Part shown: one piece after another, positions 40,132-50,383 of the stretch
Position numbering within the stretch: the first letter of the stretch is position 1
Layout: each line of letters starts with the position of its first letter
DNA from: an uncultured bacterium
GTDB taxonomy: Bacteria; Actinomycetota; Thermoleophilia; Solirubrobacterales; 70-9
Assembly: GCA_965652565.1 (NCBI GenBank)
Contig: CBFGWL010000003.1
Coordinates: 22,457-86,456 of the forward strand
Direction of reading: 5' to 3'
Length of the DNA stretch: 64,000 nt
Translations under genes and position numbers: made by a program
The notes under the pieces: model-generated
Told to the model about the DNA's origin: nothing
Database searches by the model: none
Seen by the model: the letters and a program-made list of their open reading frames with translations, nothing else

Positions 40132-41328
40132 CTAGCGCTCGTACGCGCCCATGTCGCAGCGCTTGCCGCGCGGCCGCTTCACGCCGCGTTGGTCACGAGC
40201 CGGGCAGGAGAGCGGACCCGAGTTCACCTGCGCTGGGTTGCCCCGGTTGCGTGCGGGGCTCTTCTTGCGCAACGCGTGCGTCTTGGTCGGCCCGCCGTTC
40301 TTGCTCAGCGGCGCGAGCTTCGGCGCCTTGCCGAAGATGCTGTCTGGGCCCGGGAAGAATCCCGAGCACGTGGATGAATCCCCGAGGAGCGTGTAGCCGA
40401 GAACCACCGCCGTATTGGGGCCCGTGAAGCAGTCCCTGCCAATCGGCGCCGCGTTCCCGGCGAGAATCGAGTTGACCACCAAAGCGCTGGCGCCGGAGCC
40501 CCACAGGTGGAGCCCGCCACCGGCGCCGGCGGCGTCGCCCACGCCGGCACGGTTGCGTGTGACCGTGGCGTTGCGAAGCGTCGTGGTGCCCCCGTCCAAC
40601 TCGATGCCGCCGCCGGGTCCATGGGCGGAGTTGCCGGTGATCGTCGAGTTCTCGATCGTGGCCGGGCCATCGGTGCTGATCGCACCGCCACTGCCCGTTG
40701 GATCCGCCGTCGCCCGGCTGTCGGCGATCGTCGAGCGGACCACGGTGATGGGCGAACCCCCAAAGGCGTAGATGCCGCCGCCCTTCCGGGCCAGGTTGTC
40801 GGTCACCGAGCTGTCGACCAGCCGCAGCGTGCCCAAGTTACGGATACCTCCACCGTTGTCGGTGGTGCGGTTCCGCGTGATCACACTGCGCTTGACCACG
40901 AGCCCCGCCTGGCCGCCCACCAGCACACCGCCGGCGCGCCCGAACCGAATGCGCAGACGCACGAGGCGGTTGCCGGAGTTGACCGCCCAGAACGCCCATT
41001 CATCCAGCTTGGCGTGCTGGATGGTCGCCCTCCCGCGCGCGCCCGCCGGCCGAACGGTGACGTCGCCGAAGATCGCAACGCTTCCCTGCGGGTTGCTCAA
41101 CCGGTAGACCGCTCCGCGTTCGAGCAGAATCGTGTCCTTGCCGGACCCCGCCTTGCATCCGCCGAAGGCGGCGTCGTCCTGGGCGGCGCGCGCAGCCTCC
41201 CGGAGGGCGCATTTGCTGCCTTCCCCGTTTTGGTCCGCGGTGGTCGTCACGCGGATCGTCCCCGCCTCGGCGAGCGTGGCACCGAGGAAGAGGCCCGCGA
41301 GCGCGACGAGCGGGATCAGCCTGATCAC
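40132..41328 (-). CDS. secreted right-handed beta-helix protein of the CSLREA / choice-of-anchor-Q type
   Basis: Signal peptide from GTG 41328 (IRLIPLVALAGLFLGATLAEA). N-terminal KCALREAA motif, repeated GGGI...N/T-rich beta-helix turns, and a C-terminal DQRGVKRPRGKRCDMGAYE. Confidence 0.65.
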   Translation of the reverse strand: MIRLIPLVALAGLFLGATLAEAGTIRVTTTADQNGEGSKCALREAARAAQDDAAFGGCKAGSGKDTILLERGAVYRLSNPQGSVAIFGDVTVRPAGARGRATIQHAKLDEWAFWAVNSGNRLVRLRIRFGRAGGVLVGGQAGLVVKRSVITRNRTTDNGGGIRNLGTLRLVDSSVTDNLARKGGGIYAFGGSPITVVRSTIADSRATADPTGSGGAISTDGPATIENSTITGNSAHGPGGGIELDGGTTTLRNATVTRNRAGVGDAAGAGGGLHLWGSGASALVVNSILAGNAAPIGRDCFTGPNTAVVLGYTLLGDSSTCSGFFPGPDSIFGKAPKLAPLSKNGGPTKTHALRKKSPARNRGNPAQVNSGPLSCPARDQRGVKRPRGKRCDMGAYER

Positions 41329-41456
41329 CCCGACATGTGATGACCATAGAGCCGTGGGTCCGCTGAGGCAAGCCCGGTCCGGCAGCGCTGATAGCCTTCG
41401 GCTCAGCCTTTGTTGGCCTGCTTCGCAAGGTCCGGCCACGACGTAGCGAGCTCCTC

Positions 41457-42920
41457 ATGAATCACGCTTCGCGGCTCCCCGAGAGCCGCACCCAGGACGT
41501 TTTTGCGGATCGCGACGGCCCCCGCGACGAGTGTGGGGTGTTCGGCGTGTACGCGCCGGGCCGCGAGGTCGCGAAGCTCGCCTACTTCGCCCTGTACGCG
41601 CTGCAGCACCGCGGCCAGGAGTCGGCCGGCATCGCCACCTGCGAGGGCGGCCACATCACCACGCTGCGCGACACCGGCCTCGTCTCGCAGGTCTTCGACG
41701 AGGGCAAGCTGCGGGCGCTCGACGGGGACATGGCGATCGGCCACGTGCGCTACTCGACCACCGGCGGCGGGTCCTGGGAGAACTCCCAGCCGGTGTGGCG
41801 CGATGACGGCCGCGAGGTCGCGCTCGCACACAACGGCAACCTGACGAACGCGGTCGAGCTCTACAACGAGCTGCGCGAGCAGGGCATCCGCTTCCGCGGC
41901 ACCTCCGACTCGGAGATCATCGCCGCGCTGCTGTCCGTCGAGGAGGCCCGTCCGATCGAGAACGCGGTCGAGGCCGTGATGCCCCGGCTGGAGGGGGCGT
42001 ACTCGACCGTCGTCATGACCAAGCGCGCGATCGTCGCCTTCCGCGACCCCTACGGCGTGCGCCCGCTCGCGCTCGGCCGGCTCGGCGGGGATTACTGCGT
42101 CGCCTCGGAAAGCTGCGCCTTCGACATCATCGGCGCCGAGTTCCTGCGCGAGGTGGAGCCCGGCGAGCTGATCTCGATCGGTGAGCGCGGCATCGAGACG
42201 CGCCAGGTCGTGCCCAGCCCGCGCCGCGCCCACTGCGTCTTCGAGCACATCTACTTCTCGCGGCCGGACACGCGCCTCGAGGGCCGGGTGCTGCAGGAGG
42301 TCCGCGGGCGGATGGGCGAGATCCTCGCCCGCGAGTCCCCGGTGGATGCCGACCTCGTGATCGCGGTCCCGGACTCCGGCAACCCCGCCGCCAACGGTTT
42401 CGCCCGCGTCTCGGGCCTGCCCAAGGACGACGGCCTGATCAAGAACCGCTACGTGGCGCGCACCTTCATCCAGCCCGGCCAGGAGCTGCGCAAGCACGGC
42501 CTGCGCATGAAGTTCAACCCGCTGCCGGAGATCGTGCGCGGCAAGCGGATCGTGGTCGTCGACGACTCGATCGTCCGCGGCAACACGACCAAGCAGATCG
42601 TCCGCATGCTGCGCGACGCCGGCGCGACCGAGGTGCACCTGCGGATCTCGGCACCGCCGATCAAGCACCCGTGCCACTACGGCGTCGACATGCACACGCG
42701 CGAGGAGATGGTGGCCCACGAGCGCACGCCCGCGGAGGTCGCGGCCGAGGTGGGCGCCGACTCGCTCGCCTACCTGTCGATCGACGGGGTGTACGAGGCG
42801 GTGGGCACGCCGCGCGCGCACCACTGCGACGCCTGCTTCACCGGCGAGTACCCGCTGGGCGAGACGGACGAGGGCAAGTACGCGCTCGAGACGATCGCGA
42901 CCGTGCCGGTCCAGTCGTAG
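41457..42920 (+). CDS. purF: amidophosphoribosyltransferase
   Basis: Propeptide followed by catalytic CGVFGV, and a PRTase motif VVVDDSIVRGNT. Confidence 0.95.
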   Translation: MNHASRLPESRTQDVFADRDGPRDECGVFGVYAPGREVAKLAYFALYALQHRGQESAGIATCEGGHITTLRDTGLVSQVFDEGKLRALDGDMAIGHVRYSTTGGGSWENSQPVWRDDGREVALAHNGNLTNAVELYNELREQGIRFRGTSDSEIIAALLSVEEARPIENAVEAVMPRLEGAYSTVVMTKRAIVAFRDPYGVRPLALGRLGGDYCVASESCAFDIIGAEFLREVEPGELISIGERGIETRQVVPSPRRAHCVFEHIYFSRPDTRLEGRVLQEVRGRMGEILARESPVDADLVIAVPDSGNPAANGFARVSGLPKDDGLIKNRYVARTFIQPGQELRKHGLRMKFNPLPEIVRGKRIVVVDDSIVRGNTTKQIVRMLRDAGATEVHLRISAPPIKHPCHYGVDMHTREEMVAHERTPAEVAAEVGADSLAYLSIDGVYEAVGTPRAHHCDACFTGEYPLGETDEGKYALETIATVPVQS

Positions 42921-42968
42921 ATGGCCTGAGGGCGGGGCGAACCTCCGCCGCCCGAGCCTGAATCCTTC

Positions 42969-44522
42969 GTGGACGTGACTACGACCAGCGACCTCGACTC
43001 AGCGCTCCGCGAGCACTTCGGGCACCCGGGATTCCGCCCGGGCCAGCGGGAGGCCGTCGCCGCCGCGCTCGAGGGCCGCGACGTGCTGCTGGTGATGCCG
43101 ACGGGCGCGGGCAAGTCGCTCTGCTACCAGCTCCCCGCGCTCGAGGACACCGAGCGCCTCACGGTCGTCGTCTCACCGCTCGTCTCGCTCATGCAGGATC
43201 AGGTGGACAACCTGGGCGAGCGCGCCGAGCTCGTCAACGCGCAGCGCGATCCGGCCGACAACGGGCGCTCGCTGCGGCGCGCGCTGAGCGGCGAGGCGCG
43301 GCTGCTCTACGTCGCCCCCGAGCGCTTCTGGGCCCCCGGGTTCGGCGCTCAGCTCAAGGGCAAGGTCGGGATGTTCGTCGTCGATGAGGCGCACTGCGTC
43401 AGCCAGTGGGGGCACGACTTCCGGCCCGAGTACTTCCGGCTCGGCGAGATCGCCAAGCGGCTCGGCGTGCGCTCGATCTTCGCGGCGACCGCCACCGCGA
43501 CGCCGCGCGTGGCGGGCGACATCGTCCGTCGCCTCGGGCTGCGCTCGCCCGTGCGGATCACGACCGGGTTCGAGCGGCCCAACCTCTCCTACGACGTCGT
43601 CCAGGTGCGCGGCGAGCGGGCCCGCGAACGCGCGCTCAGCGAACTGCTCAGCCAACCGGGTGCGCTCCCGGCGATCGTCTACTCGGGGACGCGCAAGCGC
43701 GCCGAGGAGACGGCGGCGCGGCTGACTCGCGAGCTCGGCGAGCGCACACTCCCCTACCACGCCGGCATGGAGCGCGAGGAGCGCGCGGCCGCGCAGCGCG
43801 ACTTCATGAGCGGGACGGCGCGCATCGTCGTCGCGACCAACGCGTTCGGCATGGGCGTGGACAAGGCCGACGTGCGCACGGTCGTGCACGAGGCCGTGCC
43901 GTCCTCGCTCGAGGCCTACTACCAGGAGGCCGGGCGCGCGGGGCGCGACGGGCTGCCGTCACGTTGCGTGCTGCTCGCCGCCGGCCAGGACAAGGGCCTG
44001 CACGTGTACTTCATCAACCAGAGCGAGTCCGAGGAGGCGAAGCGGGTCGGCTGGGCGAACTACCGCGCCGTCTGGGGCTGGGTCGAGGGCGAGCGCTGCC
44101 GCCGTGAGGCGATCCTGCGCCACTTCGGCGATCGCGCCGAACCCCACGCGGAGGGCCGCTGCTGCGACGTGTGCGACGGGCCGCTCGAGCTCGCCGCGGT
44201 GTCCGCCGCAGGCGCGTCGAACGGCGCCGCCCGGCCCGCTGTCGATGCGGCGGAGGAGGGCGATCTGGACGGGGCGATCCTCGCCGTCGTCGCGAGCGCC
44301 GAGCCCGCAGTGGGTCGCACGCGCGCGGTCGAGATCCTGCGCGGCGGGCGCTCCAAGGTCGTACGCAAGTACGGCTACGACGAGCTGCCGAACTACGGCT
44401 CGTTCGCGCACTGGCACGCCGACGACGTGCTCGGCCGCGTGGATGCGTTGCTCGATGCCGGCCGCCTGCGCTCGACCGGCGGGCGCTTCCCGAAGCTGGT
44501 CGTCGCCGGGGAGGCGGGATGA
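42969..44522 (+). CDS. recQ: ATP-dependent DNA helicase RecQ (short form)
   Basis: FRPGQREAV, MPTGAGKSLCYQLPA, VVDEAHCVSQWGHDFRPEY and a Zn-binding CCDVCD. Confidence 0.9.
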   Translation: MDVTTTSDLDSALREHFGHPGFRPGQREAVAAALEGRDVLLVMPTGAGKSLCYQLPALEDTERLTVVVSPLVSLMQDQVDNLGERAELVNAQRDPADNGRSLRRALSGEARLLYVAPERFWAPGFGAQLKGKVGMFVVDEAHCVSQWGHDFRPEYFRLGEIAKRLGVRSIFAATATATPRVAGDIVRRLGLRSPVRITTGFERPNLSYDVVQVRGERARERALSELLSQPGALPAIVYSGTRKRAEETAARLTRELGERTLPYHAGMEREERAAAQRDFMSGTARIVVATNAFGMGVDKADVRTVVHEAVPSSLEAYYQEAGRAGRDGLPSRCVLLAAGQDKGLHVYFINQSESEEAKRVGWANYRAVWGWVEGERCRREAILRHFGDRAEPHAEGRCCDVCDGPLELAAVSAAGASNGAARPAVDAAEEGDLDGAILAVVASAEPAVGRTRAVEILRGGRSKVVRKYGYDELPNYGSFAHWHADDVLGRVDALLDAGRLRSTGGRFPKLVVAGEAG

Positions 44523-45145
44523 GCGGCCTGCGCGTGGGCGTGCTCGCCTCGGGCACGGGCACGAACCTCCAGGCGATCCTCGACACGGTCCACGGCCGCG
44601 ACGGGATCGAGGTCGTCGCCGTCGGCTCCGACAAACCGACGGCGCAGGCGCTCGCGAGGGCACGGCGCGCCGAGGTGGCGACCGCCGTCTTCCGCACCGC
44701 CGACTACCCGGACCGCGAAGCGCGCGACGCGGCGATCGCCGAGTGGCTCGCCGAGCGGGAGGTCGAGCTGGTCGTGCTCGCCGGCTACATGCAGCTGCTC
44801 AGCCCGAGCTTCATCCAGCGCTTCGAGAGCCGGATCATCAACGTCCACCCAGCGCTTCTGCCGTCCTTCCCCGGCCTCGATGCGATCGGACAGGCGCTCG
44901 ACCACGGCGTGCGTGTAACCGGCGTGACCGTGCACTTCGTCGACGAGGGCGTCGATACCGGCCCGATCCTCCTCCAGCGCGCCGTGCCGATTCCCGAATC
45001 ACGCGATCGCGCCGAGCTCGAGGAGGCGATCCACGCCACCGAGCACGAGCTTCTGCCGGAGGCGGTCCGGCTGATCGCCGCGGGGCGCGTGAGCTTCGAC
45101 CCAGCGAACCCACGCCTCGTTCTGATCGCGCCCAGCGGCGAGTAG
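44519..45145 (+). CDS. purN: phosphoribosylglycinamide formyltransferase
   Basis: The ATG overlaps the recQ TGA (ATGA). VLASGTGTNLQAILD and INVHPALLPSFPG. Confidence 0.93.
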   Translation: MSGLRVGVLASGTGTNLQAILDTVHGRDGIEVVAVGSDKPTAQALARARRAEVATAVFRTADYPDREARDAAIAEWLAEREVELVVLAGYMQLLSPSFIQRFESRIINVHPALLPSFPGLDAIGQALDHGVRVTGVTVHFVDEGVDTGPILLQRAVPIPESRDRAELEEAIHATEHELLPEAVRLIAAGRVSFDPANPRLVLIAPSGE

Positions 45146-45195
45146 CCGCGCGTCCCGGCGGGCGCGGGAATAGACTCGGCGCCGTGACGGAGCGA

Positions 45196-46815
45196 ATGGT
45201 CGATGAGCAGGTCTCGGGCGAGGGCGGCGCGCCGCCGGGCGGCGGCCCGCTCAACGTCCGCCGGGCGCTCATCTCGGTCTCCGACAAGACCGGCCTGATC
45301 GACTTCGCGCGCGGCCTGCGCAACCTCGGCATCGAGCTGCTTTCGACCGGCGGGACCGCGGCGGCGATCCGCGAGGCGGGCTTGGAGGTCACCGACGTCT
45401 CCGACTTCACCGGCTCGCCGGAGATCCTCGACGGCCGGGTGAAGACGCTCCACCCGCGCCTGCACGCCGCGCTGCTTGCCAAGCGCGACGACCCCGCTCA
45501 CGTCGCGACGCTCAAGGACGAGGGGATCGAGCCGATCGACCTGGTCTGCGTGAATTTGTACCCGTTCCAGCGCACCGTCTCCCAGCCGGGCGTGACCGAG
45601 GCCGAGGCGATCGAGAACATCGACATCGGCGGGCCGACGATGATCCGGGCGGCCGCCAAGAACCACCGCTTCGTCGCGGTCGTGGTGCGCCCGGAGAGCT
45701 ATGACGCCGTGCTGGCCGAGCTCGAGGCCGGCGAGGGCGCGATCTCCGAGGAGACACGGCACTGGCTCGCCAACGAGGCGTTCGCCGAAGTCGCCTACTA
45801 CGACGCCGCGATCAGCCGCTGGTTCGCCTTGCGCTACGAGGCCTTCCCCCAGGACTGGGTCTTCGCCTACGAGAAGTTCCTCGACCTCTCCTACGGCGAG
45901 AACCCGCATCAGAAGGCCGCGCTCTACACCGAGGTCGGCGCCCGCTCGCACGTGCTCTCGCGCATCTCGAAGCTGCACGGCAAGGCGCTCTCGTTCAACA
46001 ACGTGCTCGACCTCGACTCCGCGGCCAAGCTGCTCGCCGAGTTCGAAGAACCCGCCGCGGTGATCGTCAAGCACAACAACCCGTGCGGGGTCGCCGTCGC
46101 CGACGACCTCACCACGGCCTACGAGCGCGCGCGGGCCTGCGACCCGGTCTCGGCCTACGGCGGCGTGATCGCGCTCAACCGGCCCGTCACGAAGGCGCTC
46201 GCCGAGCGGCTGCACGAGAACTTCATCGAGGTGCTCGTCGCACCCGAGTTCGAGGACGGCGCGCTCGACGTGCTCACGCAGAAGGAGTCGATCCGCATCC
46301 TCCACAACACGGAGCAGCGCGAGCCGGAGCCCCGCGAGCGCGACGTCAAGAGGGTGCGCGGCGGGCTGCTCGTACAGACGCCCGACATCATCGAGGAGGA
46401 CCGCCACTCGATGAACGTGGTCACCAAGGCCCAGCCAAGCGAGGAGCAGTGGCGCGATCTGCTGTTCGCGTGGAAGGTCTGCAAGCACGTGCGCTCGAAC
46501 GCGATCGTCTTCGCCAAGGACGGCGCGACCGTGGGCATCGGCGCCGGGCAGATGAGCCGCGTGGATTCATCCCGGATCGCGGTGATCAAGGCGGGCGACG
46601 CCTTCGGCGATCAGGCCGAGGAGATGCTGCGCGGCTCGGTGGTCGCCTCCGACGCGTTCTTCCCCTTCCCCGACGGCCCCCTGGCCGCGCTGGACGCCGG
46701 CGCGACCGCCGTGATCCAGCCCGGCGGCGCGAAGCGCGACGCCGAGGTGATCGCGGCTTGCGACGAGCGCGGCGCCGCGATGGTCTTCACGGGCCGCCGG
46801 CACTTCCGCCACTAG
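45196..46815 (+). CDS. purH: bifunctional AICAR transformylase / IMP cyclohydrolase
   Basis: [20 protein letters not shown] and KHNNPCG. The start is ATG 45196 or GTG 45184. The 903-aa track ORF is an upstream open-frame artefact. Confidence 0.93.
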   Translation: MVDEQVSGEGGAPPGGGPLNVRRALISVSDKTGLIDFARGLRNLGIELLSTGGTAAAIREAGLEVTDVSDFTGSPEILDGRVKTLHPRLHAALLAKRDDPAHVATLKDEGIEPIDLVCVNLYPFQRTVSQPGVTEAEAIENIDIGGPTMIRAAAKNHRFVAVVVRPESYDAVLAELEAGEGAISEETRHWLANEAFAEVAYYDAAISRWFALRYEAFPQDWVFAYEKFLDLSYGENPHQKAALYTEVGARSHVLSRISKLHGKALSFNNVLDLDSAAKLLAEFEEPAAVIVKHNNPCGVAVADDLTTAYERARACDPVSAYGGVIALNRPVTKALAERLHENFIEVLVAPEFEDGALDVLTQKESIRILHNTEQREPEPRERDVKRVRGGLLVQTPDIIEEDRHSMNVVTKAQPSEEQWRDLLFAWKVCKHVRSNAIVFAKDGATVGIGAGQMSRVDSSRIAVIKAGDAFGDQAEEMLRGSVVASDAFFPFPDGPLAALDAGATAVIQPGGAKRDAEVIAACDERGAAMVFTGRRHFRH

Positions 46816-46830
46816 CGCACCGCCCAGCTC

Positions 46831-48702
46831 TCAGGGCTCCGAAGCGAACGCCTCCAGCTCGCCCCCGGGCTTCACATCGCCGTCGTCGTCGCGCGCGGTC
46901 GAGTGCAGCGCCCACAGCTGCGCGTAGAGCCCGCCGCGCGCCACGAGCGTGTCGTGATCGCCGATGTCGACGAGGCGCCCGCCATCGAGCACGGCGATGC
47001 GGTCGGCCTCGCGCGCCATCAGCAGATCATGCGAGACGACGATCGTCGTGCGCTCACGGGTGAGCGTGCGCAGCGGCGCGAGCAGGCTCTCCCGCGCGGC
47101 GGCATCCAGGCCGGTGGTGGGCTCGTCGAGCAGGAGCACCGGCGTGTCGGCGAGCAGGGCGCGGGCGATCGCGATGCGCTGGCGCTGGCCGCCCGAGAGC
47201 CGTCCGCCCCGGGAACCGATGTCGGTGTCGTAGCCCGCGGGTAGCGCTGCGATGAACTCGTGCGCGTTCGCCGCACGGGCGGCGGCCTCGATCTCCTCGC
47301 GGCTCGCCTCGGGCCGCCCGAGCGCGATGTTCTCGGCGACGCTGCCGTGCAGGGCGAGGGCGTCCTGGAAGAGGATCGCGACGTTTTCGCGAAGCGAGGC
47401 CAGCGTGAGGTCGCGCAGATCGTGCCCGTCGATGCGCACCGCCCCCTCGTCGGGGTCGTACAGGCGGATCAGCAGGCGGGCGAGCGTCGACTTGCCCGCG
47501 CCACTCGGCCCGACCAGCGCGAGCGTCTCGCCCGGGGCCACGTCCAGCGAGACCGCGGCGAGCGCCGGCGCCTCCGCCCCCGGGTAGGTGAGCGTCACCT
47601 CATCGAACCGCACGGTGCCGCGGGCCCGGCCGAGCGCGCGCGCACCCGGGCGCTCGCGGACGCGCGGCTTCTCATCGAGCAGCTCGATCACCCGCTCGGC
47701 CCCGGCGAGGGCGCGGAAAAACGAGTTGGCGAGCGAGCCGAGCTCGCGTACCGGGTCGTACAGCTGGCTGAGGTAGGCGAGGAAGACGAGCAGGCCGCCG
47801 ATCGTCAGCTCGCCGTCGGCGAGCAGCACGGTGCCGAGCACGAGCACGATGAGCAGGCCGAGCAGCTCGATCAGGTCGATCACCGGCGTGAAGATCCCGT
47901 GGATGCGCGCCGCGGCCAGTTCGGCCTCCACCGCCCCCTCGTTCTGCCGGCGGAAGCGATCGCTCACCGCCGCCTGCGCGTTGCTCGCCTGGATGAGCGG
48001 GGCGTTCGCGAAGGTCTCCTCGGCCACCGAGCTCAACGAGCCGACCCGCCGGCGGTGGGCGCGCGACGCGCGCCGCACGAGCCGGGAGAAGCGCCGCGCG
48101 ACAAACAGAAACGGCGGGATCACGACGAGCGCGACGAGGGCGAGCTTCCAGTTCAAGACGAACAGGGCGCCGCCGAAGAAGAGGATGCGCAGGACGGAGG
48201 AGAGCCCGTCGGTGACGCCGGAGAGAACCAAGGTCTCGATGCGGCCGACGTCGTCGTTCACGCGGGTGACGAGGTCGCCGAGCCGGTGGCGGTTGAAGAC
48301 GTCGATCGAAAGCCGCTGGACGTGCTCGAGGACCTGCACGCGCAGATTCAGCAGGAAGCGCTCGGCGATCCACGTGCTGAGGTAGTCGTCGCCGAAGTTG
48401 ATGAGCCCGCCGATCAGCGTGAGCCCGACGTAGCCGGCGGCGAGCCAGGGCAGCGGTCCGAGGTCGGCCGGCGCCAGCACCTCGTCGACGACGAGCTTGA
48501 AGATCCAGATCTCGGCCGTCTCGATCAGCGCGCCGAGCGCGATCAGCACGAGCAGCAGCGGAACCCACTTCCGGTATGGACGCGCCGCGGGCCAGAAGCG
48601 GCGCACGACCTCGCGCAGCCTGCGCTGCGGTGCCTCGACTACGACCTCGTCGTAACCCTCGCCGGGGGAGACCCAGCCTTGCAGGCGCTCGCGCATGCTC
48701 AT
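46831..48702 (-). CDS. fused permease/ATPase ABC exporter (MsbA-like type I exporter)
   Basis: Six-TM N-terminal domain, Walker A GPSGAGKST, signature LSGGQRQR and Walker B LLLDEPT. Confidence 0.88.
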   Translation of the reverse strand: MSMRERLQGWVSPGEGYDEVVVEAPQRRLREVVRRFWPAARPYRKWVPLLLVLIALGALIETAEIWIFKLVVDEVLAPADLGPLPWLAAGYVGLTLIGGLINFGDDYLSTWIAERFLLNLRVQVLEHVQRLSIDVFNRHRLGDLVTRVNDDVGRIETLVLSGVTDGLSSVLRILFFGGALFVLNWKLALVALVVIPPFLFVARRFSRLVRRASRAHRRRVGSLSSVAEETFANAPLIQASNAQAAVSDRFRRQNEGAVEAELAAARIHGIFTPVIDLIELLGLLIVLVLGTVLLADGELTIGGLLVFLAYLSQLYDPVRELGSLANSFFRALAGAERVIELLDEKPRVRERPGARALGRARGTVRFDEVTLTYPGAEAPALAAVSLDVAPGETLALVGPSGAGKSTLARLLIRLYDPDEGAVRIDGHDLRDLTLASLRENVAILFQDALALHGSVAENIALGRPEASREEIEAAARAANAHEFIAALPAGYDTDIGSRGGRLSGGQRQRIAIARALLADTPVLLLDEPTTGLDAAARESLLAPLRTLTRERTTIVVSHDLLMAREADRIAVLDGGRLVDIGDHDTLVARGGLYAQLWALHSTARDDDGDVKPGGELEAFASEP

Positions 48703-49086
48703 CGGTCAACCCCCGGGGCGAGGGGCCGGGAGCGGGCCGACCGCTCGGAGCCCCTCGCGCCGGTCATCGCGCGCGCTCGGTCAGGTATCGCGGCGCCGGC
48801 GACGGCGGCGACAACGGCGTCGGAGGCGGCGCGTCTTGCGCCTGCGGCACGGCGTCCGCGACTGCGAGCGCGAACGGGTGCGGGTCGCCCTGGAGCTGGC
48901 CCGCAGCGCCGGTGAGAGCCCATTGAACATGGCTGCTCCTCGCTGGTTGGCTCGGCCCGGCCTCGTGCCGGGCCCTGACACCTCATGCGCATACCCCATA
49001 GGGCATCCCGTATCCGCTTCGCGGGCCGCAGCCCGTCAGGGGAACCGGCGCGTGCGCCGCGCAAGCCGCCTACGATCGCGGAGCCT

Positions 49087-50199
49087 GTGAGGAGCCACGA
49101 ATGGCATCGGGGCGCGCCGGGAAGGCGCGCAGGCTGGATCGTCGCGACCGCGCTCGCCGCGCTCGCCGCCGCGTGCTGCGCCGGGCTGCTCGCCGGCGCG
49201 GGTCCCGCCGCTGCCGGCAAGGCGAAGGGCGGCAAGGTGCTGTTCGGCATGAACGAGGACTGGATCGCCCACCGCTGGGCCGTCCACCCCGTCGAGGAGC
49301 TTGGCGCCGGGGCGATCCGCTTCCCGCTGCCATGGCGTGAGATCCGCCCGAACCGCCGCACTTGGGATTGGACCAAGCTCGACCAGCTCGCCGAGCAGGC
49401 CGAGCTGCACGGCGCCAAGCTGGTGCTGATGCCGCAGGACGCGCCCTGCTGGGTGCGCCCCTCGCTGCGCTGCAACAGCGCGGGCGGCCACCCGCCGGAC
49501 CCGCGCTACATCGGCGAGTACCGCAAGCTGCTTCTGCGCGCGCTCAAGCGCTACGCCCCGAACGTCGCCGCGGTCGAGGCCTGGAACGAGCCGAACCTGA
49601 CCAACTTCTTCAGGCCGAAGCCGAAGCCGAAGCACTACATCAAGCTGCTGCGCGCGACCCACAAGGCCGTGCACTCCAAGCAGTGGCGCACCAAGTCGGT
49701 CCCGAAGAAGTGGCGGCCGCCGGTGCTCTTCGGCGGCCTCGCCACCGGCGCGCGCACCACCCGCGGCGGCCGCAAGGTCCCCTTCCAGCGCTTCCTCAAG
49801 CAGGTCCACAAGCTCGGCGGGGCGCGCTTCTACGACGCGCTCTCGATCCACTCGTTCGACCCGGTCCCGAAGATGAAGAGGTTCATCGCCACAGCCCGCA
49901 AGGAGCTGCGCCGGGTGCGGCGGCCGAAGCGGCCGATCTGGGTCACCGAGATCGGCGTGTCGGAGAGCGCCGCGGGGAGCGAGGAGGCGCAAGCCCAGCA
50001 GCTCGTGAAGATCGTGCGCGCGCTGCGCAAGATCCCGCGGGTAGAGGCGATCTTCGTGCACCGCATGTTCGACGCCGAGCACGGCAAGAGCCACACCGAC
50101 ATGGGCTTGATGCGCACCGACCGAGCCACGCGCAAGATCGCCTTCTGCGCGCTCGCGGCCGAGTTCGGATCGGAGTGCCCGGCCGGGCCCGCGGACTGA
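49087..50199 (+). CDS. secreted clan GH-A-like glycoside hydrolase
   Basis: Signal/TM segment (WIVATALAALAAACCAGLLAG), WNEPN (acid/base Glu context) and IWVTEIGV (nucleophile Glu context) in a (beta/alpha)8-like spacing. The start is uncertain, with 48985 as the alternative. Confidence 0.55.
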   Translation: MRSHEWHRGAPGRRAGWIVATALAALAAACCAGLLAGAGPAAAGKAKGGKVLFGMNEDWIAHRWAVHPVEELGAGAIRFPLPWREIRPNRRTWDWTKLDQLAEQAELHGAKLVLMPQDAPCWVRPSLRCNSAGGHPPDPRYIGEYRKLLLRALKRYAPNVAAVEAWNEPNLTNFFRPKPKPKHYIKLLRATHKAVHSKQWRTKSVPKKWRPPVLFGGLATGARTTRGGRKVPFQRFLKQVHKLGGARFYDALSIHSFDPVPKMKRFIATARKELRRVRRPKRPIWVTEIGVSESAAGSEEAQAQQLVKIVRALRKIPRVEAIFVHRMFDAEHGKSHTDMGLMRTDRATRKIAFCALAAEFGSECPAGPAD

Positions 50200-50255
50200 C
50201 GCCGGCGCGCGAAAAGACGCTCGCAACCGGCCCGCCCACGTCTACGATTCGTGGT

Positions 50256-50329
50256 GCCCCCGTAGCGTAATTGGTAACGCGCTCGACTTTTAATCGATGT
50301 AGATGTGGGTTCGAGTCCCACCGGGGGCA
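50256..50329 (+). tRNA. tRNA-Lys (anticodon UUU)
   Basis: Cloverleaf folded by hand. Acceptor GCCCCCG/CGGGGGC, D arm GCGT-AATTGGTA-ACGC, anticodon loop CTTTTAA, T arm GTGGG-TTCGAGT-CCCAC, discriminator A, no encoded CCA. Confidence 0.85.
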
Positions 50330-50383
50330 TCCGGGAAACCGCTTGGGATGGCGGGTTTTGCCCGTCAGCCACAATAGGGGCCC

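Noticed and set aside
44104-45195. 903-aa version of purH starting inside recQ
   Set aside because: The upstream 360 codons run out of frame through recQ and purN, which are both well supported. The PurH homology begins at [11 protein letters not shown], so the start was trimmed to 45196 (or 45184).
45146-45270. ZTP (pfl) riboswitch upstream of or within the purH 5' end
   Set aside because: CGTGACGGAGCG and CCGCCGGGCG loosely resemble the GUGACUGGCG and CCGCCUGGGC blocks, but with indels and a mismatch at conserved positions. Most of the region lies inside the only available purH reading frame, because no start codon exists downstream of it. A covariance-model scan would settle it.
48695-49090. 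131-aa +ORF in the divergent region between the ABC exporter and the glycoside hydrolase
   Set aside because: There is no SD. It has poly-Arg low complexity, and it overlaps the better-supported minus-strand micro-ORF candidate and promoter space.
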